From a virus (taxonomy: Duplodnaviria; Heunggongvirae; Uroviricota; Caudoviricetes): DNA of 64,000 nucleotides. The notes below the pieces were generated by a model. That model saw only the letters and a list, made by a program, of their open reading frames with translations. It had not been told where the DNA came from and searched no databases. The position numbers were made by a program, and so were the translations under genes. Where the stretch lies: the IMG/VR virus record IMGVR_UViG_3300028833_002727. One strand, written 5' to 3'. Below are positions 9,618 to 19,742 of the stretch, one piece after another. Positions within the stretch are counted from its first letter, which is position 1; every line of letters starts with the position of its first letter.

Positions 9618-10319
9618 TTAGATTGTCATAACCTTTTCGTTCCTACCCGTAGGTGTGGAGATTGTAACGCGTGGGTACACATGCTTTCTTCCGTAACGCT
9701 CGTACTCGTAATCACCATTGTCCACCCACTCATGTGTGTCAAGTATGGCAACCACTTTGTTACCACTCTTGTAGGTGTCTTTGATTTGTTTCATCAAACG
9801 TGCGCATGATATTTCGTCACCTGCCAAGTAAGTGAAATTGCTATATGATTTGTCGCTGCGCTTTTGGCACACATCGCACACATACATGTCGGTGATACCC
9901 AACGTGAATTTTGCTTTCTTCTGCAACCACTTTTGCAGTTCGATGAAAGACTTGCAGGGAGTAATCTTCACGATACCCATGACACACTCCAACTCTGCGT
10001 ATTTGTCGCAATGCCAAACGTAGTCAGTACCGCAAACAATATCTCGTTTCTCACGGATATATACGATATTATCCTTACGCAGTTTCTCTTCAAGCGCAGC
10101 GAATTGTTTCTGCAATGCTTGTGCGAACGAAAACAATGTTTTGAACTCGCCATTGTCTTGGATGCGCTTACCGCCAATCTCTACCCAATAATACTTGTGG
10201 ATGTGTTGGCGATGTCCGTTTACAATGTTGCCCATTGTTGTACACTCACCATAGTTAATGTTTGCTTGGTGATAGTTTGCTACTGCATCAAGAATGTCTT
10301 TTACTTTAATTTCTTCCAT
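9618..10319 (-). CDS. hypothetical phage protein
   Basis: 233-aa ORF after promoter ~10349. Confidence 0.75.
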   Translation of the reverse strand: MEEIKVKDILDAVANYHQANINYGECTTMGNIVNGHRQHIHKYYWVEIGGKRIQDNGEFKTLFSFAQALQKQFAALEEKLRKDNIVYIREKRDIVCGTDYVWHCDKYAELECVMGIVKITPCKSFIELQKWLQKKAKFTLGITDMYVCDVCQKRSDKSYSNFTYLAGDEISCARLMKQIKDTYKSGNKVVAILDTHEWVDNGDYEYERYGRKHVYPRVTISTPTGRNEKVMTI

Positions 10320-10556
10320 AATCGTTGGTGTTATTTGTTAAATCTGCTGCAAAGGTACAAAAATTATTTCAAATAACCAAATAATTTGCCTACAAAATTA
10401 CAAGAAATATCAAATTGCGAAATCCACTTTACAAAATGGGGTAATTGCTGACTATTATAAAATATACTTTTTTTTCAAACTACCAAATTTTTTGATGAAA
10501 AAATAACAAAAAAAACACCTACCATTTGGTAAGTGCTTTTTTAATGAGTAAGCAGG

Positions 10557-10844
10557 TTACACTTCGATGTCGCGGATTCTCCACCACTCATCAAGCGTTT
10601 CCATTTCGCCATACGTGCAATTAGCGTAACGTTCGGAGCAGGTGAAATAAAACTTGTTTTCCAAATCATCTTGCGTAATGTCGTTACCCTCATTTTCCTT
10701 TTCTTGTTCAATGTAGGTTTGACATGCAGCGTTGTACTGCTTACGCATCTCACATTGTGCGCTTTCTAACGTGTCGAACACTTGCGCGTCCTCTACGTTG
10801 CGTGGGTAATCATCGTTACCTTTGAAAAGTAAGTACTTTTTCAT
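10557..10844 (-). CDS. acidic early protein, FxTxEEA-like paralog family
   Basis: QVFDTLESAQCEM. Confidence 0.75.
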   Translation of the reverse strand: MKKYLLFKGNDDYPRNVEDAQVFDTLESAQCEMRKQYNAACQTYIEQEKENEGNDITQDDLENKFYFTCSERYANCTYGEMETLDEWWRIRDIEV

Positions 10845-11035
10845 TCCTCCCCCCTTTCTTCACGCACGATTGCGTTGTATTCGTCCAACTTCTTGCAGAC
10901 TTCTTCGTAAGATGTGGCGCGGACTTGTTCCATATCTCCGTCAGGACCATCTACACCCCAATAGAACCCTACATAATCGTTTTCTCCGTACTTGATGATT
11001 TTATCACCATTGTACTCCAATTCTTCCGGTTTCAT
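10841..11035 (-). CDS. small acidic protein
   Basis: Stop overlaps next start. Confidence 0.65.
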   Translation of the reverse strand: MKPEELEYNGDKIIKYGENDYVGFYWGVDGPDGDMEQVRATSYEEVCKKLDEYNAIVREERGEE

Positions 11036-11036
11036 G

Positions 11037-12005
11037 TTACTTGTTTTTTTGATATTTGACTACAAGTTTGTCCCACTTCGTAGGAACGAAGTTTTTGTTT
11101 GCGTAGCAGTTCTCGCCAAGAACGTCAAATAGACTTTCGCGGAACTCATTATCGTCTTCCGACTTACCGAGTTTTTTTGCCATGAACTCCACAAATTCCT
11201 CTTCCAAGAATATACGAAGTTCCTCGCACATGTCTAACTGCTCCAAATAGGTGGAATAGCAGTAACCCTCTAACTCATCAAAAATTGCGTCCGTGATGTG
11301 ATAGATGAACTTCTCTACAAGTTGGAACGGAGCATATTTGCGGAAAGCAGGGAAGAACCCGAACACGCGCTCCATAACTTGTAAACGTGCGCTATCGTAG
11401 GTAACTACACCGCCCATTTCAATGAGGTGGAAAGTATTGTCCGGCGTGAGCAAAATAAAGTCTTCTCCCTCGTTGGTGTCATCTTCAAACGAAGATTCGG
11501 CTATGTAGCAAATACCCTCACGTTTTGCTATGTTCTGCTCATTGAGATACATGTCGCCATAACCATTATTTTCACCATAGTAGCGAACACCACCTGCGAC
11601 AACCTCACTATGTCCGATGATACACATATCGTCGGTGGCAGGTAACTTTACAAAGGAGATAATGTCAAGCACGCTGAAACCGAAACGATGATTGCGGAAA
11701 TAATAATCTCTATCAGCTTTTGGCTCCGCGTATTTTGCTACCTCGTCTTCGTACTCGAAACGAAAATTATAATCTTCGGGCAAGAAATCAATGTTAGATA
11801 GACAAGGAATGATTTCATTCACATGTGCAACCGCTTGTGTGCCATATATGCACGGCTTTCCGTCTTTGGTGATGAAAATACAATCTTTACCAATCGTGCC
11901 GTTTGCGTTACGAACTAACACATTCACAGCAATAGGTGTGTGCGTGCCATTCTTATCAACAAACTGCTGATATTTGTTAAGTAATTTTTCTTCAATCGCA
12001 TTCAT
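11037..12005 (-). CDS. hypothetical phage protein
   Basis: 322-aa ORF. Confidence 0.8.
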   Translation of the reverse strand: MNAIEEKLLNKYQQFVDKNGTHTPIAVNVLVRNANGTIGKDCIFITKDGKPCIYGTQAVAHVNEIIPCLSNIDFLPEDYNFRFEYEDEVAKYAEPKADRDYYFRNHRFGFSVLDIISFVKLPATDDMCIIGHSEVVAGGVRYYGENNGYGDMYLNEQNIAKREGICYIAESSFEDDTNEGEDFILLTPDNTFHLIEMGGVVTYDSARLQVMERVFGFFPAFRKYAPFQLVEKFIYHITDAIFDELEGYCYSTYLEQLDMCEELRIFLEEEFVEFMAKKLGKSEDDNEFRESLFDVLGENCYANKNFVPTKWDKLVVKYQKNK

Positions 12006-12020
12006 ATTACTTTCCTTTCT

Positions 12021-12227
12021 TTATTTAATTTCACGAAAAAGGCAATACAAAATACCCTCAACAATCTCTTGCGCCGCCTCATCGAGTGATACGGCTTTAT
12101 TACTCATACAACGTATTACATCGTTGGCATCTTCTTCCGTAAGTTCAACGCCAATCATGTTTTCATACTTGTCAGCGACTTCTTTGAGTTTCGCCAATGC
12201 TTGTTGTTTTGTAATGTTTACATTCAT
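12021..12227 (-). CDS. hypothetical phage protein
   Basis: After promoter ~12254. Confidence 0.65.
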   Translation of the reverse strand: MNVNITKQQALAKLKEVADKYENMIGVELTEEDANDVIRCMSNKAVSLDEAAQEIVEGILYCLFREIK

Positions 12228-12304
12228 AATGATATTGTTTTACGATTTCTGCTGCAAAAGTACTGCTATTATTTCAAATAACCAAATTTTTTAGCAGAAA
12301 AGTG

Positions 12305-12670
12305 TTATTTTTCATCATTTTGTAAAGTCCACTTTGCAATTTGCTCTGCAATCTCCAACTTGTGTTCTACACAATCGTATTTTACCGAATTGGTTGGTTG
12401 TGAATACTGAAGATTGTTGGTTGCGAGAATATCAAAGAATGGCCGCCCGTCAATGAATGTGATATGTTTCAATATACCATGATGGGTTAAACCTGCCGTG
12501 TCGAACTTAACGCATATCGGATTGTTCTCATCAAAAGGAATTGAGAACATGAACTCATCTTTTGCGATTGACGCGTCTGCTATTGCTAAACGCAGTAAAG
12601 CGTCAGCCTTGTATTGAGATTGTGCTGCTGTAATTTTCAAAGCAGCAATTTCATCGAGTTTCGTTTCCAT
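12305..12670 (-). CDS. hypothetical phage protein
   Basis: Co-oriented ORF. Confidence 0.7.
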   Translation of the reverse strand: METKLDEIAALKITAAQSQYKADALLRLAIADASIAKDEFMFSIPFDENNPICVKFDTAGLTHHGILKHITFIDGRPFFDILATNNLQYSQPTNSVKYDCVEHKLEIAEQIAKWTLQNDEK

Positions 12671-12692
12671 AATCTATGTGTGGTTAAAAATT

Positions 12693-12710
12693 GGTACTCA
12701 ATCGAGGATA
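12693..12710. repeat. 18-bp motif B, copy 4
   Basis: GGTACTCAATCGAGGATA overlapping stop of the 12698 ORF. Confidence 0.85.
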
Positions 12711-13345
12711 TAGGGTTCAACACCTTTCTTAAACTCATCATCCCATTTCCATAGTTCGATGTTTTTTACGCCACGGCACTGGTAACTCATATCTTGTGCT
12801 TTGCTTATGTCAGCAAAAATGGAGTTGATATTTTCCATTGTGCGTACATATGTATTAACCGCTTTCTCATACTTTTTTATGTATTTATTGAGATTTTTTA
12901 CGGCATCTTCATATGTGGCAAGAACAACGCGGTTATGGTTAATTTTTGCGATAATAGCATTTACACTTTCTTCCGTGAAACGATTGTCTTTTGTACACAT
13001 TGGTATTCCATTTCTTTCGTTGTGGCAGAATGTAATACATGTGAACAAGGTATGACTACAATCGTATTTGTACGTGATTCCCTTTGCGGAAAGTACAATG
13101 TGAATACTTTTCTCATTCGAGTAATCAGATGTTTCAACCTCAAAACTAACAATTTCACTACCGATGATGTTTGTTAGTTTGTTAGTGAATACCTTGTTAA
13201 TTGGCTTACCAATAAAATTGCTTTTAATGGTTTTAGTCATGACAATAAGTACTTGCTCCAAAATATCGTTATACTTGCGCAAGTCTTTCACATAAGCCTT
13301 GAACTTGGCTTTATCTTCACCGAATTTTTCTATAAAAGTACTCAT
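12698..13345 (-). CDS. hypothetical phage protein
   Basis: 215-aa ORF. Confidence 0.75.
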   Translation of the reverse strand: MSTFIEKFGEDKAKFKAYVKDLRKYNDILEQVLIVMTKTIKSNFIGKPINKVFTNKLTNIIGSEIVSFEVETSDYSNEKSIHIVLSAKGITYKYDCSHTLFTCITFCHNERNGIPMCTKDNRFTEESVNAIIAKINHNRVVLATYEDAVKNLNKYIKKYEKAVNTYVRTMENINSIFADISKAQDMSYQCRGVKNIELWKWDDEFKKGVEPYILD

Positions 13346-13350
13346 AGTTT

Positions 13351-13536
13351 TTATTGTTTGTTTAATTTAACTACTGCATATTTAACTCCGTCAGCAAAGG
13401 CTTTACGCACCATGTCTATTGCTTGGTTTCGCAATTCTCTTGCAAATTTATCTTTACAAGTTTTTTCGGTTTCATAGGGATAGTATTCAGCGGCTTTTGC
13501 TGCTATCTCATCCGGCGTAATCATTAACTTTACCAT
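13351..13536 (-). CDS. hypothetical phage protein
   Basis: AFADGVKYA motif; tight packing. Confidence 0.65.
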   Translation of the reverse strand: MVKLMITPDEIAAKAAEYYPYETEKTCKDKFARELRNQAIDMVRKAFADGVKYAVVKLNKQ

Positions 13537-13537
13537 A

Positions 13538-13801
13538 TTATTTACCCTTTTTTAATCGTCCAAATACAAATGTTTCGTATTTGTTTTCTTCGATTGCTTT
13601 TTGAACTTGTTTTTCAAACTCCATTGTCTGCTTGAAAAATCCGGTTCTTTGACAATCCCATACGCCGCTATTTTTCGCGATTAGGTTTATTTGTTGAAGA
13701 TGTTTTTGCAACTCCAATAAATCCTTTTTCCAAAGGTTATTTAATACCCATTGTGAGGTGCGCCTTGAAAATTCGTAGTTTTGTTTTGTCTGCTTTGACA
13801 T
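13538..13801 (-). CDS. hypothetical phage protein
   Basis: After promoter ~13828. Confidence 0.65.
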   Translation of the reverse strand: MSKQTKQNYEFSRRTSQWVLNNLWKKDLLELQKHLQQINLIAKNSGVWDCQRTGFFKQTMEFEKQVQKAIEENKYETFVFGRLKKGK

Positions 13802-14024
13802 AATCTTATCCTTTTTTATTTGACAATGCAAAGGTACAAAAATTATTTCAAACTACCAAATAATTCTTCAAAAAAATGCAATTTAACTGAAAATTGCAAA
13901 GTAGAGATTACAATTTATACTTTTTTGCTTTTTTTATTTGGTTATTTGAAATAAAAGTGTATTTTACAATATATCCAACCATACACAAAAAAAAATAGCA
14001 CCTACTTTCGTAAGTGCCATTCCG

Positions 14025-14258
14025 TTACTTGTACATTTGCTTTACGCGCTCATCGGCTAATTTGATTGCCCGATTTCTGCGTTCTGCGTCCGTCATTGTC
14101 GGAGGGAAAGAACGTTTGTCGATTGTGAATGAATCGCACTCAAATTGTCCGTTTTCATCCTCGTACACTTTGCAGTAGTAACCACCCTTGTTGATACCAT
14201 TGTCAGGTTGTACATCAACGAACTTGGTGCGTCTTGGAGATAATTGAACTCTTAACAT
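14025..14258 (-). CDS. hypothetical phage protein
   Basis: Start MLRVQL just after upstream stop. Confidence 0.55.
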   Translation of the reverse strand: MLRVQLSPRRTKFVDVQPDNGINKGGYYCKVYEDENGQFECDSFTIDKRSFPPTMTDAERRNRAIKLADERVKQMYK

Positions 14259-14269
14259 AGCGGTAATGA

Positions 14270-15028
14270 TTAGAAGATGAATAACCAAAAGTTGATGATT
14301 TGCGGAACTGCATTGCAGCCAATGATACATACTTGTCCCACAATGATTGCCGGAGTTTCCTCGTCCTCTTCCTGCTCTTTTTCTGCGGCTTTTGCCTTGC
14401 GCTCAAAAAGAGCGTCAAAGTATTCACCGCTGAAAGTTTCACTTGCAGGGACACCCATATTTTCTAACTTGTTAGCGTATGAGTAGTAAAGTTCGTCCCC
14501 GACTACTGCTACATTGCTTGCGAACTCAAACGCATTGCCAAATGCAGGTTTATCGAATGTAATTTTTTTCTCAATACATTTTCGATACACCGCCATTGCG
14601 CGGTTGAAATTCTCACTATCCTTGTCGTAGGACGCGTGCGTGTTGAACATCGGGAACGTTGCTTTCAAGTCGCTACCCCAACCCAACTCTACGATGTCCA
14701 CGTACGCTTGCGGTTCAAGGAACGCGATACCTTTTTGGTAGTGAATGAACTCGCGTATTACGTTCTCCATTTCCGTGTTGTTGGTGTTTGCGTAGTGTGC
14801 AAACAATGTGCCAAGAGTTTCTGCGCTTAACTCTTTCGGTGTGTTAAGGCGGTAGTACGTTGCGCCTTGCGTTGCGTAGTTGAACACTACCACGATACCC
14901 AATGCAGGGTTTACCATGTACACCTTGCGCTTTTCGTTCAGTTGGATGCGCGAAAAATGGATAGTCGGAAAGTTGTTGTGTACTTGTTTCTCGAACTCAT
15001 GCGAGCCGCTAAAAGTTTCTTTTGCCAT
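14270..15028 (-). CDS. hypothetical phage protein
   Basis: 252-aa ORF after promoter ~15071. Confidence 0.75.
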   Translation of the reverse strand: MAKETFSGSHEFEKQVHNNFPTIHFSRIQLNEKRKVYMVNPALGIVVVFNYATQGATYYRLNTPKELSAETLGTLFAHYANTNNTEMENVIREFIHYQKGIAFLEPQAYVDIVELGWGSDLKATFPMFNTHASYDKDSENFNRAMAVYRKCIEKKITFDKPAFGNAFEFASNVAVVGDELYYSYANKLENMGVPASETFSGEYFDALFERKAKAAEKEQEEDEETPAIIVGQVCIIGCNAVPQIINFWLFIF

Positions 15029-15130
15029 AATGCTTTTGTTTATTAGTTTGTGTTAATTTGTAAATCTGCTGCAAAGGTAATACTTTTTTTTCAAATAACC
15101 AAATTTTTTGGAAAAAAAATGTTAAAAAAG

Positions 15131-15901
15131 TTAATTTTTTATCTCACTACGCACATGTGCTTTGAATGTGTCCCAATTAAATTCCATTGTACACTCGCCA
15201 CACAAAGGGCGCATATATTTCATATGATTGATACCATATTTGTCTTTACTGAATACAAACCCAGCAATGTAATACCAATCACCTCGCTCATAACTCTCAA
15301 TGCAAAGTGCCGTATAAGGTTTGCTCAAATTGTCGCATGTGCGTTTACCTATACATAGTTTCGCGCGGAGTTTGTCACCATACTTGTTTGTTTTACCATT
15401 CAGTATTTCGTTTGCCACTTTCTCGCACTCTTTTTCCAAGTCTTCAACACTCGGTTCTTGTGCGCCTTTCGCGTATTTCTCTGCAATTTCTTGCTCTCGC
15501 TCTGCTACCCATTGTTTTACAAAAGCGACAACTTTGTCCCTTTGCTCGGCAGTCAGTTCGTGCTTTTCCTCACGTTGGAAACTTGCACTACCATCGCTCC
15601 AATTGATTCCGTCTTGCTCTACAAGTGTATAGTCGTTTCGACTGCGATTTTGCAATTGAATTTCAAAATGCCATGCACCTTTGCACCACTCATTTTGACT
15701 ATAATACCAACGCAATGATTGAACTCCAAAGTTCTCACTCCAACCCCAACGGCTAACCTCATTTACGTTGTAGCCAAACGCGGGATTCAGTCTATTAACT
15801 TGATGCGCGTTGTTGCTATGCCAACGTGTTATTTCGTGTGTTCTTGAATACTTATCCAAGTCAATTACACTTAACTCTGCTTTGAATTGTTCGTATGTCA
15901 T
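15131..15901 (-). CDS. hypothetical phage protein
   Basis: 256-aa ORF after promoter ~15927. Confidence 0.8.
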   Translation of the reverse strand: MTYEQFKAELSVIDLDKYSRTHEITRWHSNNAHQVNRLNPAFGYNVNEVSRWGWSENFGVQSLRWYYSQNEWCKGAWHFEIQLQNRSRNDYTLVEQDGINWSDGSASFQREEKHELTAEQRDKVVAFVKQWVAEREQEIAEKYAKGAQEPSVEDLEKECEKVANEILNGKTNKYGDKLRAKLCIGKRTCDNLSKPYTALCIESYERGDWYYIAGFVFSKDKYGINHMKYMRPLCGECTMEFNWDTFKAHVRSEIKN

Positions 15902-16074
15902 AATCGTGTTAAATTTGAATTTCAGTGCAAAGGTACAAAAATTATTTCAATCTACCAAATAATTCGGTAAAAAAATGAAAAAAAAGTGGAATTTGCTAAC
16001 TCCACTTTACAAAATAGGTGCTTAAAAGCGCGGTGAACATACTTTTTTACCCTTTCAGCGCGGATTTGACACAC

Positions 16075-16434
16075 TTATACTGCTACCCAAATGAGCATTT
16101 CAAACCAATCGAACTCTTCATCTTCTTCGATGTATAATTGTTCGATTTCTCCGTCATGGTAGTAGTAACCCAGTTCCACGTTGATGCCGTCTTGTTCGTC
16201 TAACCAAATGGCGCGAACGTCAGCAGAAACCACGTCTTCACATACCGAACTACCTGCTACGTTGGTACACGGCATAGTTGTGTCGTCAGGATCCTCTCCC
16301 TCATTGATGAAATTTTTGCGCTTACCCTCATACGTTTTGAGTAAGTCACGGCAAAGTTCTTTTGCCAAGTTTTGCTGCTTGCGTTCGTTTTCGCGTGCAG
16401 CGTGAGCGAATTGTACACATGCGTTCTTATCCAT
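16075..16434 (-). CDS. acidic hypothetical protein
   Basis: Start MDKNAC after AGGAGA. Confidence 0.7.
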   Translation of the reverse strand: MDKNACVQFAHAARENERKQQNLAKELCRDLLKTYEGKRKNFINEGEDPDDTTMPCTNVAGSSVCEDVVSADVRAIWLDEQDGINVELGYYYHDGEIEQLYIEEDEEFDWFEMLIWVAV

Positions 16435-16459
16435 AATCTCTCCTTTCTCTTGTTTATAT

Positions 16460-16699
16460 CTATCGAATAATTGATTCGATGAAAATTGTTTGTTGTCCAC
16501 CACGCTCAAAACCCTCTTTTTCTTCAAGCACATATTCCTCTTCGGTATCGAAACCGAAACGGACGGTTATGCGTTTTTCTCTGACTGTTTCTCGTTTCTC
16601 GATTACGATGCCAACGGTTGTTATTTCTTGGTAATTGTCGAAAACCTCTACAACATTACCGATGTGCACATCATCGAATTTCACTTTGTTCTCAATCAT
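16460..16699 (-). CDS. small SH3-like protein, paralog of 6850 N-domain
   Basis: KVKFDDVHIGNVVEVFDN...VGIVIEK vs KVSYNDLQVGDILILLDN...VGDVVAK. Confidence 0.7.
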   Translation of the reverse strand: MIENKVKFDDVHIGNVVEVFDNYQEITTVGIVIEKRETVREKRITVRFGFDTEEEYVLEEKEGFERGGQQTIFIESIIR

Positions 16700-16700
16700 A

Positions 16701-16898
16701 TTATTCTCCTTTCTCTTGTTGATTTTGACAATCTTTTGCCGCTTGCTCCATGAGATCCACAAGTTGCTCCATGACAACTTTTGTTTTCTCATACTCGCGG
16801 TCGTATTCTATTTTCAAATAGATGTTTATGCCTATCAGCCCGCCAATGCCGATGATGATTAGGCAAATACTAATGATGCGTAATGTTTTCTCTTTCAT
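16701..16898 (-). CDS. small membrane protein
   Basis: N-terminal TM IISICLIIIGIGGLIGI. Confidence 0.65.
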   Translation of the reverse strand: MKEKTLRIISICLIIIGIGGLIGINIYLKIEYDREYEKTKVVMEQLVDLMEQAAKDCQNQQEKGE

Positions 16899-17159
16899 AT
16901 TGTATGCTTTATCAAATCTGCTGCAAAGATAATACATTTATTTCAATCTACCAAATTATTCATCAAAAAAATAACAAAAATGTGCATTTTGCTAACTCCA
17001 TTTTACAATTTACACTTTTTTATCATTTTTATTTGGTTATTTGAAATTTTTTTATATTTTACAATATATGCACAAATGGACCATAAAAAATGACGTCTAT
17101 TCTCACGAACTGACGCCACCACAAAACCATTTTAACCTTTATTATGACAACATTTATTT

Positions 17160-17360
17160 TCAATTTTCATAGACGAAGAGTCCGTCCTTGAACTTTTGCT
17201 CTGCGTCCTCTATCGTATCGGCATAGACTATCTTGTCTGCGTCTTCCTCAACGGAATAACCCATGACGTAGCGATTTGCTCCGGTTGTCGCTTTCTTATA
17301 GTCTTGTTCACTCATCCCAATGTGAACCAAGTCACTTGGATTCAATACTTGTGCGCTCAT
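17160..17360 (-). CDS. hypothetical phage protein
   Basis: Co-oriented ORF. Confidence 0.6.
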   Translation of the reverse strand: MSAQVLNPSDLVHIGMSEQDYKKATTGANRYVMGYSVEEDADKIVYADTIEDAEQKFKDGLFVYEN

Positions 17361-17362
17361 AA

Positions 17363-17584
17363 TTATAACTCCATTTGAATTGCACTTATGTCCTTTATTT
17401 CAAGGAAATATGTACCACTTTTATCAATAATTTGGAGTGTTTTATCTTTTGTGTTTACGTTATACTCACAAGTACCCTCGTTTGTTTTAGTCACAAACGT
17501 AAGACGTGTGCCACCGACAACAACCGATTTTATTGCTCCGCCCTCTGCGAAACCAAGAATGTTTTTAATTGTTTCAATACTCAT
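17363..17584 (-). CDS. hypothetical phage protein
   Basis: After promoter ~17613. Confidence 0.65.
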   Translation of the reverse strand: MSIETIKNILGFAEGGAIKSVVVGGTRLTFVTKTNEGTCEYNVNTKDKTLQIIDKSGTYFLEIKDISAIQMEL

Positions 17585-17692
17585 AGTTTTTACCTTGTTT
17601 ATCAAATCTGATGCAAAGGTAATACTTTTTTTTCAAATAACCAAAGTTTTTAGCAATTATTTTTCAAAAAAGTGTATTTTGCAAAGTATAGT

Positions 17693-17866
17693 TTACAAAT
17701 TGGTACTCAATCGAGTACCTTTGTGTTTAACTTTGCGGGTGTATTGTTTTTTACTTTTTGACACCGATGAATAGTTGATTGGCTTTCCGTGAGCCGCAAT
17801 TTCATCTTCCCTGCTTTTCTTCCGTGCAGCTTTGAGTGCCAATAATATATCATCAGTCTTTTTCAT
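17693..17866 (-). CDS. 57-aa basic protein (not in ORF track), weakly ArfA-like C-terminus
   Basis: MKKTDDILLALKAARKKSREDEI...SKSKKQYTRKVKHK; start overlaps upstream stop. Confidence 0.6.
   Translation of the reverse strand: MKKTDDILLALKAARKKSREDEIAAHGKPINYSSVSKSKKQYTRKVKHKGTRLSTNL
17702..17719. repeat. 18-bp motif B, copy 5 (perfect 7-bp arms)
   Basis: GGTACTC-AATC-GAGTACC. Confidence 0.85.
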
Positions 17867-18063
17867 TTTTCAATCTCTCTCCAATGTGTAACTTCTGGAG
17901 TACCTTGCAAACCAAACTCGGTATTGAACAACGTAAACCCATTTTGTCCGTAAAATTCTCCTCTTATTTCCATACCTTTGAATAAAAGCATAACTTCTTC
18001 ACCCTCGTATAAATCTCTTCCCTCAACACCTTTATCAAAGACTTTGAACCATTTTGTTTCCAT
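17863..18063 (-). CDS. small phage protein (DUF551-like VTHW tail)
   Basis: EVTHWREI. Confidence 0.6.
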   Translation of the reverse strand: METKWFKVFDKGVEGRDLYEGEEVMLLFKGMEIRGEFYGQNGFTLFNTEFGLQGTPEVTHWREIEK

Positions 18064-18363
18064 TTATTTCTGCGTTCTATGTTTAACAATCGCGTTCTCA
18101 ATCGGTTCGAGCCGTACGTGCTCTATGCCTTTGTCATCGCGGTATATCACAACCTCATAATGCTTGCGCTTGAATGTGATATATTGGCAGTAAAAGCGTT
18201 TGTAACTATCTAATGTATCTCCTTTCGTTGATACTACTTTCTCATCCACTCCGTCAGTAACTAACAACTTACCATAAGGCATTGTGTGTCGGTTGCCGAA
18301 ATATGGAATAGTCCACTCTATTACTCGCTTTACGCGTACTTGTGTGTTGGTGTTGTCATTCAT
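18064..18363 (-). CDS. hypothetical phage protein
   Basis: After promoter ~18388. Confidence 0.7.
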   Translation of the reverse strand: MNDNTNTQVRVKRVIEWTIPYFGNRHTMPYGKLLVTDGVDEKVVSTKGDTLDSYKRFYCQYITFKRKHYEVVIYRDDKGIEHVRLEPIENAIVKHRTQK

Positions 18364-18432
18364 AAATTTGCTCCTTTCTAAATCTGCTACAAAGGTACGA
18401 AAAATTTTTCAAATAACCAAATTTTTTGACAA

Positions 18433-18840
18433 TTATTTTTGTTTTTTTGCGATTTTTTCTATCATTTTGATACAATCGCACATTTTCGCTACATCATGCA
18501 AAGGCAACAAACGTGTGTATTTCAAACCATTTTTTCTATATGTATCGCGCAATGCAGCCAAATAGTCACTATATAGCGGATTCAGTCCACAATGAACAAG
18601 CGAATCAATTTGATAGTCGGGCAAATCGGTTGTGAAATGGAAATTGTTGCTGTGTGCCTTGTACACAATACAATTCCATGTGCAGTATTCTTCACCTGCT
18701 GCGCGGTGTGTCCCTTTGCCACTAAACAAATTGAACTCTAATACTACGCGGTTGTGCTTTTGTCCGTTACCGAACAAATCTACTTTACCTAACTCTATTT
18801 TGATAGGGTTTTGGAACTGCTCCAAATCTTGAATTTTCAT
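18433..18840 (-). CDS. hypothetical phage protein
   Basis: Co-oriented ORF. Confidence 0.7.
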   Translation of the reverse strand: MKIQDLEQFQNPIKIELGKVDLFGNGQKHNRVVLEFNLFSGKGTHRAAGEEYCTWNCIVYKAHSNNFHFTTDLPDYQIDSLVHCGLNPLYSDYLAALRDTYRKNGLKYTRLLPLHDVAKMCDCIKMIEKIAKKQK

Positions 18841-18870
18841 ATTGTTGATGATTTAATGGTAACTATTTAG

Positions 18871-19047
18871 TTATGCAGCATTACGCGCCAAAATTTCTTT
18901 TGTTGCTTTCTCTACCTGCTCTTGCATAGATTCGCGCTTTACTTGTTCGTGCATTTGCTTACCCTTTTCACTTGGTACGGACAATGCACCTACTGCAAGA
19001 ATTGAAACGATGATTGTTACTAACAATGTAATCTCAAATGTAGTCAT
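18871..19047 (-). CDS. small membrane protein
   Basis: N-terminal TM segment. Confidence 0.6.
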   Translation of the reverse strand: MTTFEITLLVTIIVSILAVGALSVPSEKGKQMHEQVKRESMQEQVEKATKEILARNAA

Positions 19048-19244
19048 ATTTACTCCTTTCGTTAAAACTTTGTGCAAAGGTACAAAAAATAATTCAAACT
19101 ACCAAATTTTTTTGAATAAAAATGCAAAAAACCTGCAAATTGTAAACTCCACTTTACAAAATTCACTTTTTTCGTAAAAAGTTGCTTAATAATTTGCTCA
19201 TGTCAAAAAAAAGTGTATTTTACAATATATGCAGCCGTGCCTAC

Positions 19245-19320
19245 AAAAAAACATGCCGACTTTCACAAGCCGACATGCACGTTAAACCATTAAACCCTTA
19301 TAGAATAGAAAGAAATCAGT
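19245..19320 (-). terminator. terminator plus conserved 3' UTR, duplicated at 20651-20719
   Basis: CATGTCGGCTTG(T/G)GAAAGTCGGCATG plus T-run, preceded by TATAAGGGTTTAATGGTTT in both copies. Confidence 0.8.
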
Positions 19321-19333
19321 TACTCGAAATGTT

Positions 19334-19627
19334 TTATGATTGATATTCTTTTTTCACCGAAAAACAAAGATAAGGTATGCAATCCTGCGGGCACACAAAA
19401 TATGCAAATCGTAACACATCTTCGTGCTGCTTGACAAACTTATCTAACGCTTTTTTGAATACGTTCCTGCGTATATCTACCATTACCTCAATTTCCTTAC
19501 TCCAAATGCTAATTGGACTAATATAAAAGCCGTCGCTCAAATGATACCCACACTTGCGTATGTGACGCTCAAAAACAGGGACGTTGTGAATATCATCAAT
19601 CAGTTTTCTTGCAATGTCTTTTTTCAT
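19334..19627 (-). CDS. hypothetical phage protein
   Basis: Monocistronic unit (promoter ~19654, terminator 19245). Confidence 0.7.
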   Translation of the reverse strand: MKKDIARKLIDDIHNVPVFERHIRKCGYHLSDGFYISPISIWSKEIEVMVDIRRNVFKKALDKFVKQHEDVLRFAYFVCPQDCIPYLCFSVKKEYQS

Positions 19628-19742
19628 ATTGACTTGTTTTTACGTTTGACGCTGCAAAATTACAAAAAATTTTTCAAACTACCAAATTTTTTGATGATAA
19701 AATGTCAATTTTCTTTATTTTGCTAACTCTACTTTACAATTT

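Noticed and set aside
14025-15028. Programmed frameshift joining 14270 and 14025 ORFs
   Set aside because: The downstream ORF has its own ATG at 14258 just past the upstream stop; no slippery site seen
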